A DNA stretch of 21,367 bases from Octopus sinensis (GCF_006345805.1 NW_021824505.1:1-21367); one strand, 5' to 3'; counted from the stretch's first letter, positions 9,557 to 19,526 are shown. Numbers and translations are program-made. Notes: generated by a model from the sequence alone, not told the origin.

Positions 9557-10067
9557 CAGTTGTTTGACCTTAACCAGCTGAGTATGTCCCTTAGTGGATG
9601 ACAATATGTGCATCTCTGATCACAAGCAGAAGTAGTGGGGGGGGGGCATCATAGTCCTGTGTTGAGAGGGATTCTTTGGGCTTTGAATAAATGTAACAAA
9701 GCAAAATTTCATACTTTCTAGGGGTCAGCAAATGGGAAATAACAGTTGCTTGCCAAGGACAAAAGTCGTGTTACACAGTGTTACCCAAGAGGAATCGGCA
9801 GAACCTAATACATATCGTATCTAGTTCCATGGATTATGTGTCCTGCAATGACTTCACTGAAGAGCTACGGATGATCTCATTAGCAATGGTTGATTGCGAA
9901 ATCTTAAGGTATGGAGTTAATTGCCCTATTTTGTCTCCTTTCATTTGTCTCACTCGCATACATTCTGGCATTGGCTAAAATTTTTGAGAACATTTTCTTC
10001 ATGGTAAGACAATTTGGCATCTTCTTCTAGCATATTAGGAATCCACCTTGGTGGCTATTCCTCTTAC

Positions 10068-10345
10068 ATCATCATCATCATCATCATCATCATTTAGCAT
10101 CCGCTTTCCATGCTGGCATGGGTTGGACGGTTCTACTGGGGTCTGTGAAGCCAGAAGGCTTCATCAGGCCCAGTCAAATCTGGCAGTGTTTCTACGGCTG
10201 GATGCCCTTCCTAACGCCAACCACTCCGAGAGTGTAGTGGGTGCTTTTTACGTGCCACCGCACAGGTGCCAGACAGAGCTGGCAAACGGCCATGAACGGA
10301 TGGTGCTTTTTATGTGCCACCGGCACGAGGGCCAGGCGAGGCTGG
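10068..10345 (-). mobile_element. SINE-like family D, 5'-truncated, with (GAT)n tail and about two internal ~62-bp subrepeats
   Basis: Closely matches 18901-19190 (ttccatgct.gcatgggttggacgg; gctggatgcccttcctaacgccaaccactccg; ggtgctttttacgtgccaccg). Confidence 0.9.
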
Positions 10346-10994
10346 CAATGGACACGATATATATATATATGACAGTATTGTGTGATTTGCAGGAGATATT
10401 GGCTGTTGTTTCTAGTGGGTCTTACTACCATGTAGCAGTTTCCTTAATTCGTTCATTCATAAGACAGTAGGGTGTTATTTGAGGGAGATTTAGCTGCTAT
10501 ACATATATATACACTATATGTATATATCCAAACAGGGAGTTGGAAAACAGTCTTTGTTATTATTTAGTCACCATTACACATGTTTCATTTGCTAATAGGA
10601 ATTACTTGTACATATTGGAAAATATCTTAGAAATTTCCTATTAGTATTACAATATCATTTGATTCTCTTTCAGAAGAATTTTTCATAGGAAATTTCTTAC
10701 GTGTTTATCCAATGTGTGTGATGATTTGAGCATTGATTTTCATCAGAAAGAGACAAGAGGATGCCCAAGGAAAGGAAAAGAATAGAAAGATCAGGAAAGG
10801 GGCTCAGTAAAGTGCAACACAACCAAAACCGAGTTCCTTAGTGGGTTCCACACTCTACTCCAGTATCCAGTGTAGAATGATGCGGGGCATCAACCCGAGG
10901 ATAGGCTATAGTGTATTTTGTGACAGAACACTGATGAGGTGGTTTGCAGGAGTGTGTAATGTTTTTACTACTTGTATGTAATTGTTTTGGCCTT

Positions 10995-11267
10995 AATGGA
11001 AGCACAAGACCACCCACCCTGGTAAAGGCGCACAGACAGACATGTCACCACCTCCTAACAGAACAGTGTTGCAGGGTCACGAAGAAAAGAAAACGTGAAC
11101 TGCCCAATTCCAGATTGAACTCGTTGCCTTCATTCCCAACCGACCACCAATGCTCAGCCTGCAGCAGAACCTTCTGGGCATGCATCGGACTGATTGGCCA
11201 CATCTGGACTCACTGTGATCCACCTTCTTCTTCTATGTGATGTCTTTGGACATCGTTGGATGAACTG
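10995..11267 (+). mobile_element. Degenerate 3' end of an RTE (BovB-like) LINE with C-terminal CCHH-type motif
   Basis: EAQDHPPW*RR, then CSACSRTFWACIGLIGHIWTH (compare C..CGRTFRARIGLISHLRTH), followed by a short RTE-like 3' UTR gtctttggacatcgttggatgaac. Confidence 0.85.
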
Positions 11268-11557
11268 ATAATTATAAATCTGGCATTTTTTAAAAACACG
11301 TCTTATATCACATCGGGAACCCCAGGTGCTGCAAACGTCTTTTATTCACTGGTAATACCCCAGCATGGCCACAGTCTGAGGGCTGAAATGTTTAAAAGAA
11401 TAGAAGAATAAAAGAATGTCCATAAATCTTTGAATCCCACACCTTTTTTCAGCTTACACACACATACACACACACACACACATACACACTGAATGGAAAT
11501 AAATATACCAAGGTACTCTTATCCACTGCTCTAACCACACAGCTCCACAAATTGACT

Positions 11558-11774
11558 TAAGATGGCAGAATCATTAGCATACCAGACAAAATGCTTAGCA
11601 GCTCATTGTCCATTGGTATGTTCTGAGTTCAAATTCTGCTGAGGTTGACTTTGCCTTTCATCCTTTTTGGGTCGATAAATAAAGTACCAGTTATGCACTG
11701 GGGTCGATGTAATCGACTTAATCCCTTTGTCTTTGTACCCCCTATGTTTAGCTCCTAGTGGGCAATAAAGAAAT
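11558..11774 (+). mobile_element. SINE family B (tRNA-like head, Meta-like central domain, tail type 1)
   Basis: Head tggcagaatcattagc...gttctgagttcaaattctgc; domain gttgactttgcctttcatcctttttgggtcgataaataaagtaccag. The resemblance to the MetaSINE domain is from memory. Confidence 0.8.
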
Positions 11775-11852
11775 ATATATATATACGTGTGTGTGTATTT
11801 TGTTGATGATGGTGATGATGGTAATGGTGTTTCTATGGTTACGGTAGTGCTA

Positions 11853-11987
11853 AAGTCGACTTTGCCTTTCATCCTTTTCAAGATCAATAAAATAAGTACC
11901 AGCTATGCACTGGGGTCAATGTAAATGACTTGCCTCCTCTCCCAAAACTTCAGGCTTTGTGCCTGCAGTAAGAAAGGATTATTATTA
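11853..11987 (+). mobile_element. SINE family B, headless copy, tail type 2
   Basis: aagtcgactttgcctttcatccttttcaagatcaataaaataagtaccag...caggctttgtgcctgcagtaagaaaggattattatt. Confidence 0.75.
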
Positions 11988-12054
11988 TGATTACTATCTC
12001 TTAAAACGCTAAGGCCAAATGTGTTATACTGTCATGTGACTAGTTGAAGGAAAA

Positions 12055-12203
12055 GTTCTGAGTTCAAATTCTGCTGAGGTTGACTTTGCCTTTCATCCTT
12101 CCAGGGTCAGTAAATCCAGTACCAGTTAAGCACTGGGGCTGATGTAATCTTCTTAACCCCTCACCCAAACTTGCTGGCCTTGTGCTGAAAATTGAAACCA
12201 ATA
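12055..12203 (+). mobile_element. SINE family B, 5'-truncated copy, tail type 3
   Basis: gttctgagttcaaattctgctgaggttgactttgcctttcatcctt is identical to 11619-11664; the tail is ...ttgctggccttgtgctgaaaattgaaacca. Confidence 0.75.
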
Positions 12204-12209
12204 TAATAA

Positions 12210-12946
12210 ACCTATGTACTCCCTCTGCCATTCTTTTAACCATTCTGTAAGCTTATACGCCCCAGCTACAGCCCTTTGACAGTTTCACAAACACCACCTT
12301 TGCTGGAGTCTTCAATACACACAACACATCCTGGTGATGCAATATTATTGCTGCAAATCAACTCTCTTTATATCTTAAACAATTTACACGAATGCGACAC
12401 AAACTCTTCCTCTCTCTCACATACACACACATAGACATGCAAAGATTTGTATATATGTATGTATGTATGTATGATGTATGTATGTATGTATGTATGTATG
12501 TATGTATGTGTGTGTGTATGTATGTATGTATGTATGCATGTATGAATGTGTGTATGTATGTACATATGTATGTATGTATATATATATATGTATGTATATA
12601 TGTATGTATATATGTATGTATGTATGTATGCATGTATGTATGAATATATGTATGTATATATGTATGTATGTATGTATATATGTATGTATATATGTATGTA
12701 TATATGTATGTATATATGTATGTATATATGTATGTATATATGTATGTATGTATGTATATATGTATGTATATATGTATGTATGTATGTATATATGTATGTA
12801 TATATGTATGTATATATGTATGTATGTATGTGTGTATGTATGTATGCATGTATGTATGTATATATGTATGTATATATGTATGTATATATGTATGTATATA
12901 TGTATGTATATATGTATGTATGTATGTATGTATATATGTATGTATG

Positions 12947-12980
<34 letters not shown>

Positions 12981-13330
12981 TACATACATATATACATACA
13001 TACACACAACACATATATATATATATATATGACAGCAAGCCAATTAGAACAACTCTTTACCCCAGACATTACCTTCTCCTCCACACACCCAGCCACCACA
13101 ACGATTTGGCAGAGACTCCTCCAACTTTCATCCGACCACCTGCCAATTATAATTAGAAACCACACTCGTACATCAATGAAGAAAGCAAAATCATTTTTAC
13201 AATTCTCAAAAATAAACGAAGATGCAATGGGACGAGTTCCATGGAAAAACTGAATCATAGTTTTCCAGATTCAACTTCACAGACATTGAGACAGACTCTG
13301 CGGTAAATACGGTGGTTGGAGTAATTAATG
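12210..13330 (+). mobile_element. Degenerate I-group/Jockey-like LINE endonuclease domain interrupted by a ~620-bp microsatellite
   Basis: The 5' part (12210-12400) translates YTPQL...FAGVFNTHNTSW (AGDFNAH..SW motif). The 3' part (13031-13253) translates [31 protein letters not shown] (PDIT and SDH motifs). Confidence 0.75.
12410..13030. repeat. (TATG)n / (TATATGTATGTA)n microsatellite array
   Basis: Directly visible. Confidence 0.95.
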
Positions 13331-13334
13331 GCCC

Positions 13335-13480
13335 AGGGGAGAGGCTTGCTTTCAAAACACTTGGTCCCAGGTGCAGTTCTAGTGTGTGGCACATTGTGGC
13401 AAGTGTCTTCTGCAGTCCCAGTCTGACTGAAACCTTATAAGGGAATTTGGTAGATGGAAACTGAAAGAAGCCCATCGTAT
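13335..13480 (+). mobile_element. Strongly diverged SINE family A head
   Basis: ggcaagtgtcttctgc...aatttggtagatggaaactgaaagaagcccatcgtata. Confidence 0.7.
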
Positions 13481-13859
13481 ATATTTACATATGCATACAT
13501 ACATACATACACACAGACAGACATGCATACATATACAAACACATACATATTAATACATATACATATACACATACATACGTACATATATACATACATACAT
13601 ACATATATACATACATACATACATATATACATACATACGTACGTACATACATACATACATATATACATACATATATACATACATACATATATACATACAT
13701 ACATATATACATACATACATACATACATATATACATACATACATACATATATACATACATACATACATATATACATACATACATATATACATACATACAT
13801 ACATACGTACATACATACATACATACAAACATACATTCATGCATACAAAGATACATACA

Positions 13860-13891
<32 letters not shown>

Positions 13892-13983
13892 CATACATAT
13901 ATACATACATATACATACATACATACTATACACATACATACATAACATATATACATACATATATACATACATATATACATACA

Positions 13984-14017
<34 letters not shown>

Positions 14018-14049
14018 CATACATATACATACATATATAATACATACAT

Positions 14050-14081
<32 letters not shown>

Positions 14082-14398
14082 CATACATATATACATACAT
14101 ATATACATACATACATACATACATACATACATACCTACATACATACATACATACATACACACATACATATATACATACATACATACATACATACATACAT
14201 ACATACAAACATACATTCATGCATACAAAGATACATACATACATACATACATACATACAAACATATATACATACATATATACATACATATATACATACAT
14301 ATATACATACATACATACATACATACCAACATACATACATACATACATACGAACATATATACATACATACATACCACACACACACACACCACACACAC
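13481..14398. repeat. (CATA)n / (ATATACATACAT)n microsatellite array, about 900 bp
   Basis: Directly visible. Confidence 0.95.
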
Positions 14399-15258
14399 GA
14401 GATGTGGTGAATAAGCTGTTATCTAGATTACACAAAAATGAAAATAACACTGATATCTCATTTTAACAGATATATTTACCAAAATTACACAGAAATATCT
14501 TGAAATACTAAAGAATAAATTTATTCAATAGAATCGCCATTGGCTTCAACCAAGGCCTCCAGATGACATCGGAATCTCTGGCAATTCTTCTCAATAGTTT
14601 CCTTGTTTTAAGTTGGTGAATGCTGCCATAATCCTTGCCTTCAGACCAAGTTTTGTGTTACAAGGAGTTTTATTTGTCTCTCGCTCAACTGTGCCCCACA
14701 CACAACAATCAAGAGGGTCACAGTCTGGGGAGCTAGGTGGCCAGATGTTAGGGGTGATGTGATTGCAGAAATTGTCTGATAGCCATGACTGGGTTCCCCT
14801 GCTTGCATGGCATGGTGCCAGACAAGGTCTTCCAGCAGCCACCCTCTTGGCTCAGGGCAGCACTACCTCCTCCAGGCACTTGATGTAGGCTTCTGTGTTA
14901 AGTGTGAGGCTGTGTGGGAAGATGAATGGGGGCATAATGTTGCCATCACAAGTGATCGTTCCAAACACCATGATGTTGACTGAATGTTTGATTTTTATTA
15001 CTCTCGGTACATGTTCTCAGATTGTACTTTTCTCAGATTAACACCCAAACACTCTGAAATGTTCATATTGGGGCTTCTGGCGTGAGCACCAAGCAGTACA
15101 GCATGTCGTTTTCAAATTTCTGGCCGGTTGAACTGCATCATGGTGCTGTTTTTCCCACAGATGGTGCCCAACTGACCCTACTATACTGTGCTGTTGACAA
15201 AATCAAAAACAAACCAAATTAAAAATATAACATGGCGACAATTTATCCATCGCATCCC
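14399..15258 (-). mobile_element. Internally deleted Tc1/mariner-superfamily transposon (maT/DD37D type); transposase C-terminal remnant about 14521-15000
   Basis: Minus strand gives KHSVNIMVFGTI, EAYIKCLEEVVLP, APCH...WPPSSPDCDPLD..VWG..ERETNK...VEANGDSIE*. Degenerate TIRs are gagatgtggtgaataagctgtt (14399) and the reverse complement gggatgcgatggataaattgtc (15258). Confidence 0.85.
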
Positions 15259-15306
15259 CTCTCTCTCTATATATTATATATGTATATATATATATATATG
15301 TGTGTG

Positions 15307-15378
<72 letters not shown>
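15259..15378. repeat. (CT)n/(TA)n/(TG)n microsatellite
   Basis: Directly visible. Confidence 0.9.
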
Positions 15379-15381
<3 letters not shown>

Positions 15382-15885
15382 GAAAAATAGATTGAGAATT
15401 GTTCAGATTTTATTTATTATTGACGATGATGATGATGATGATATTTAATGATTTAACCGGTTTCACAGTTTACTCTGATTTCCAAAAGTCTTGCTTTTGA
15501 AGTTTGTCCTATTTTTATAGCGAGTTCGTGGCTCAAATTCATATGTTTTGAATAGGATTTGATTGGTAGAGGATGGTCCCATGACTGGTCTTAGAAACTT
15601 TTGTGGTTTCCAGTATCAAGTGAAAGTGTTTGGTGTCGTAAATGAAGGCTGACATGGTTGACTGAACCTATCTGATGACAGAACCAAACAAACGATGCTT
15701 TGAATGTTTTCTGTTAGGTGCAGAATATGCTGTCATGTGACACAAATGCACGGACGTAGTGGGGAATGTTCAAAAGGTTCTAAACTTAATCACGTGTTCA
15801 TTCTCTACAAACACATAACAGAAAACATTCAGAGCATTTAATTTTTTACCACGTAAGTTTATATATATATATATGAACTTGCGTC

Positions 15886-16229
15886 TTTTTTTTTTTTGAC
15901 CCCCTTCGGTCATGAATGACCATGGGATTGCACCTAGAAAGTTACCCTCCTAGACACAAGTCTGGGCAAGTTTCTTTATGGAAGACCAGCAGTCGCCCAT
16001 GCATACCAGCCTCCCCTCTCCACGCCACCAGTGTTATCCAAGGGAAAGACAAAGGTGGATACAGCTTGGCACCAGTGACGTCGCAACTCATTTCTACAGC
16101 TGAGTGAACTGGAGCAACGTGAAATAAAGTGTCTTGCTCAAGAACACAACATGCAGCCCGGTCCGGGATTCGAGCTCACAACCCCACGATCGTAAGCTCG
16201 ACGCTCTAACCACTGAGCCATGTGCCTTC
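15886..16229 (-). mobile_element. Full-length tRNA-derived SINE family E with poly(A) tail
   Basis: Minus strand starts gaaggcacaTGGCTCAGTGGttagagcgtcgagcttacgatcgtggggttgtgagcTCGAATCCc, has the CORE-like tgttcttgagcaagacacttt and ends ...catgaccgaagggggtc(A)n. Confidence 0.85.
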
Positions 16230-16281
16230 CAATGTATATATATACATATAAATAAAATTAAAGATAAAACTTATACTTATT

Positions 16282-16499
16282 AAGAGAACCGGCCACGTTC
16301 GGATGGTTCTCTAACATACCACCTGGCACTGGTATCACAGCTGCAATTTCCACATCAATGGAAATTGCAGCTGTGATACCAGTGCCAGTGGTAAGAGAAC
16401 CATCTGAACGTGGCCGTTGCCAGCGCCGCCCCGACTGGCCTTGTGCCGGTGGCACGTAAAAAGCACCATCCGATCGTGGCCGTTTGCCAGCCTCATCTG
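16282..16499 (+). mobile_element. Family D fragment with fold-back inverted duplication of its 5' portion
   Basis: catcaatggaaattgcagctgtgataccagtgcc matches the minus strand of 19281-19312. The subrepeats tggcacgtaaaaagcaccatccgatcgtggccg follow. Confidence 0.8.
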
Positions 16500-16896
16500 A
16501 ACCCGGAACTATGTGGTTGGTTAGCAAGTTACTTACCACACAGCCACTCCTGCATGGCATCTTGGGCAAGTGTCTTCTGCTATAGCCCCGGGCCGACCAA
16601 TGCCTTGTGAGTGGATTTGGTAGACGGAAACTGAAAGAAGCCTGTCATATATATGTATATATATATATGTATGTGTGTGTTGGTGTGTCTGTGTTTGTCC
16701 CCCTAGCATTGCTTGACAACCGATGCTGGTGTGTTTACATCCCTGTCACTTAGCGGTTCGGCAAAAGAGACCGATAGAATAAGTACTGGGCTTACAAAGA
16801 ATAAGTCCTGGGATCGATTTGCTTGACTAAAGGCGGTGCTCCAGCATGGCCGCAGTCAAATGACTGAAACAAGTAAAAGAGTAAAAAGAGTAAAGA

Positions 16897-16898
<2 letters not shown>
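16497..16898 (+). mobile_element. SINE family A copy whose tRNA-like head (16497-16553) is inverted relative to the body (16550-16898)
   Basis: ctgaacccggaactatgtggttggttagcaagttacttaccacacagccactcctgc is the antisense head. It is joined to the sense body tggcatcttgggcaagtgtctt...aagtaaaagagtaaaaagag. Confidence 0.85.
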
Positions 16899-16934
<36 letters not shown>

Positions 16935-17205
16935 TTTGTTAATGACAGACAGAAGATGGAAGATACGAGAATGTTTATTAATCACGACAATTGTTTCGAT
17001 ACATCTAGCATCGATCCTGCATGGCTGGATGTTGTGATGAGTGTTATGCTTATGACAGAAAGTCAGAAATTATTTGCACTTTCACCATAACATATTGTTA
17101 TTATAGTCACACTGCCTTCCTCATATGGTGCTTACAGTCGGTACTATTGTGGTCCCATGGTCAAAGTTTGAGCCTGATCTTGCCATTTTTCTTTCTGGCT
17201 TTACA

Positions 17206-17376
17206 GTGGCTGCTCCACTAGCAATGTCCACTGAAGAAGAACAAAGAACAGTGATCTGATTTCTCTGGTCGGAAGATGTGTCAGGGGCTGAAATTCATTG
17301 GAGGCTTTTAGCCCACTACGGGGACAGTGCGTAGAAGCATGTATGAGTGGATCAAGAAGTTTAAAACTGTCCAGAC
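17206..17376 (+). mobile_element. Mariner transposase N-terminal (HTH) pseudogenic fragment
   Basis: VAAPLAMSTEEEQRTVI*FLWSEDVSGAEIHWRLLAHYGDS...RRSMYEWIKKFK, typical of the mariner DNA-binding region. Confidence 0.8.
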
Positions 17377-17417
17377 ATATGTATAACATCATCTATAGCA
17401 GAAGTGTTAGGACCGGT

Positions 17418-17657
17418 CCAGCTGGTGGCACAAAGCACTCATGGTGGTGCCACATAAAAGAACTCATGCAGTGTCACGTAAAAGCATTCAGTACACTCTG
17501 TAAAGTGGTTGGCATTAAGAAGAGCATCCTTCTCTAGATTCCGTACCAGATCAGACTGGAGTCTTGTGCTGCTCTTCAGCTTACCAGCTCTGGTCAAACC
17601 ATCTAACCCATGCCAGCACATGGACAACAGACGTTAAAGGATGATGATGATGATGAT
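17418..17657 (+). mobile_element. Diverged family D 3' portion with (GAT)n tail
   Basis: gtggttggcattaagaagagcatcc...ccatctaacccatgccagcacatggacaacagacgttaaaggatgatgat. Confidence 0.75.
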
Positions 17658-17962
17658 CACACACACACATACACACACACACTCACACACACACACACAC
17701 TCACACACACACACACACTCACACACACACACACTCACACACACACTCTCACACACACACACACTCTCTCTCTCTCTCACACACACTCACACACACACAC
17801 TCACACACTCTCACGCTCACACACACACTCACACACACACACACTCACACACTCACATACTCACACACACTCACACACACACTCTCACACACACACTCTC
17901 TCTCTCTCACACACACACACTCACACACACACACACACACACTCTCTCTCACACACACACAC
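17658..17962. repeat. (CA)n/(CT)n microsatellite
   Basis: Directly visible. Confidence 0.95.
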
Positions 17963-18124
17963 ATGTGTGTGCACATATGTATATATGTTTATTGTGTCTT
18001 TCAATCTCCATTCAGAATCATTTAGTTAAAGAAATGGTAGAAGAATGGTTCCAGGCCATTTCTGAGAAAATTTGGCAGAAGAAAAACTTACTCTCAAAGA
18101 TGCCATTAATTGGCCAAATTTAAT

Positions 18125-18545
18125 GGCATTTATTTTGGCCACTTCCACCCTCCCCACCCCGTTTCATTTTACCATTCCCCTTCTGGCATTCACTTCACAA
18201 CTCTTCCTTTCACCCTTTCAACACCTCTTCCTCCCCTCACTCTCCTGAATTCCTTCTTCCCTCACACTCACCCTGCTCCCCTCCTGCTTTCCTTAGATTC
18301 TTTTCCCTCCTCCACCTCCCCTTCCTACAACTCTAAACGTTACTCCAATTTTGCTTTCACTCTTTCTCCCCCCCCTCATTCATCTACCTTTCTCTCCTTT
18401 CCTCTCCCCTTTCCAACATCCATCAAAGCCCCATTTTCTTGTATCATTCCTGTTCTGTCCGTCTCCCTCTATTTCCATTTTCTTTTTCTCTCAGTCAATC
18501 TATCTGTCTGTCTGTCTGTCTTTCCCTCCCATCCCCCCCCCCCCC
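18125..18545. repeat. Low-complexity polypyrimidine (C/T-rich) tract
   Basis: Strong strand asymmetry; it produces the F/S/P/L-rich ORFs. Confidence 0.8.
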
Positions 18546-18900
18546 GTAATATTTCATTTTACAAGAATCCACTTTACAAAACCTTGGGCTTACAAGTTTT
18601 ACTTTTCAAGTACAAGATCCAAATTTTGACCAAAGTGCAAAAGTTCCTTCTATCATAACAAATGCTTCTGAGTGTGCCCCAGCATGGCCGCGGCCTTCGG
18701 GCTAAAACATTTTTAAGGATTTAAGGATAGTGAGCGGAAAAAAGCTTCTTTTAAACAAACAACTCTAGACTTGTTTTTTAGAAAAGAGATCCACAAGTCC
18801 GTCTATGAGTGCTTGTGAATTGGCGATCATGTCTACAAGTGATAGTGTGTATGAGTCTAGTGTGAGTGAAAGTGGTTCAGAAAACAATAATAATAATAAT

Positions 18901-19468
18901 CATCATCATCATCATCATCATCGTTTAACATCCGTTTTCCATGCTAGCATGGGTTGGACGGTTCAACTGGGGTATGGGAAGCCGGGAGGCTGCACCAGGC
19001 CCAGTCTGATCTGGCATGTTTCTACAGCTGGATGCCCTTCCTAACGCCAACCACTCCGTGAGTGTAGTGGGTGCTTTTTATGTGCCACCGACACAGGTGC
19101 CAGACGAGGCTGGCAAATGGCCACGATCAGATGGTGTTTTTTACGTGCCAACGGCATGGGGGCCAGACGAGGCTGGCAACGGCCACAATTGGATGGTGCA
19201 TTTTACGTGCCACTGGCACGGAGGCTAGTCGGGGCGATGCTGGCAACAGCCACCTTCGGACGGTTCTCTTACATGCCATCGGCACTGGTATCTCAGCTAC
19301 AATTTCCATTGATGTTGAAAGATTTCGATTTCGATTTTGATTTTCACTTGCCTCAACAGGCCTTCACAAGTAGGGTTTGTCACAAGAAGGAACGGTATGC
19401 ATAAGTGGGCTGGCTTCGTCCCAGGTAGAGGCCATGGGTTATGGTCTCACTTGTCCTCCAGGGTCTTC
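18901..19468 (-). mobile_element. Longest family D copy (~570 bp) with 3.5 internal subrepeats and (GAT)n tail, flanked by (AAT)n
   Basis: Subrepeats start at 19070, 19133, 19195 and 19262; there is homology to 10068-10345, 16282-16499 and 17418-17657. Confidence 0.85.
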
Positions 19469-19481
19469 AATAATAATAATA

Positions 19482-19522
<41 letters not shown>

Positions 19523-19526
<4 letters not shown>

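Noticed and set aside
9779-9908. Candidate plus-strand exon (cag|...aag|gtatgg; LPKRNRQNLIHIVSSSMDYVSCNDFTEELRMISLAMVDCEILR)
   Set aside because: The acceptor tract is weak, the product is unrecognised, and similar-length open frames exist on the opposite strand. It cannot be supported without RNA-seq or homology.
10930-10960. cactgatgaggt...caggagtgtg resembling the hammerhead unit
   Set aside because: Only two short blocks match, there is no GAAA core or stem II, and the flanks are unrelated to the 210-bp unit.
167-11267. The two BovB-like fragments as the ends of one element expanded by nested insertions
   Set aside because: They share strand and order, but no RT-domain remnants were found between them and they are about 10 kb apart. 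They are more simply independent fragments.
12358-14450. Many long ORFs (up to 296 aa) rich in Y/I/H/T or M/Y/V/C
   Set aside because: These are translations of stop-free TACA/TATG repeats. Only the non-repetitive end (13031-13253) is real LINE sequence.
18110-18658. 182-aa F/S/P/L-rich ORF
   Set aside because: It is explained by the polypyrimidine tract, which lacks stop codons, and shows no recognisable domain.
19070-19290. CRISPR-like array
   Set aside because: The units are contiguous diverged tandem repeats without unique spacers, inside a eukaryotic retroelement, with no cas genes.
19340-19468. HDV-like or twister ribozyme at the family D 5' end
   Set aside because: I could not assemble the required nested pseudoknots or conserved catalytic positions by eye.
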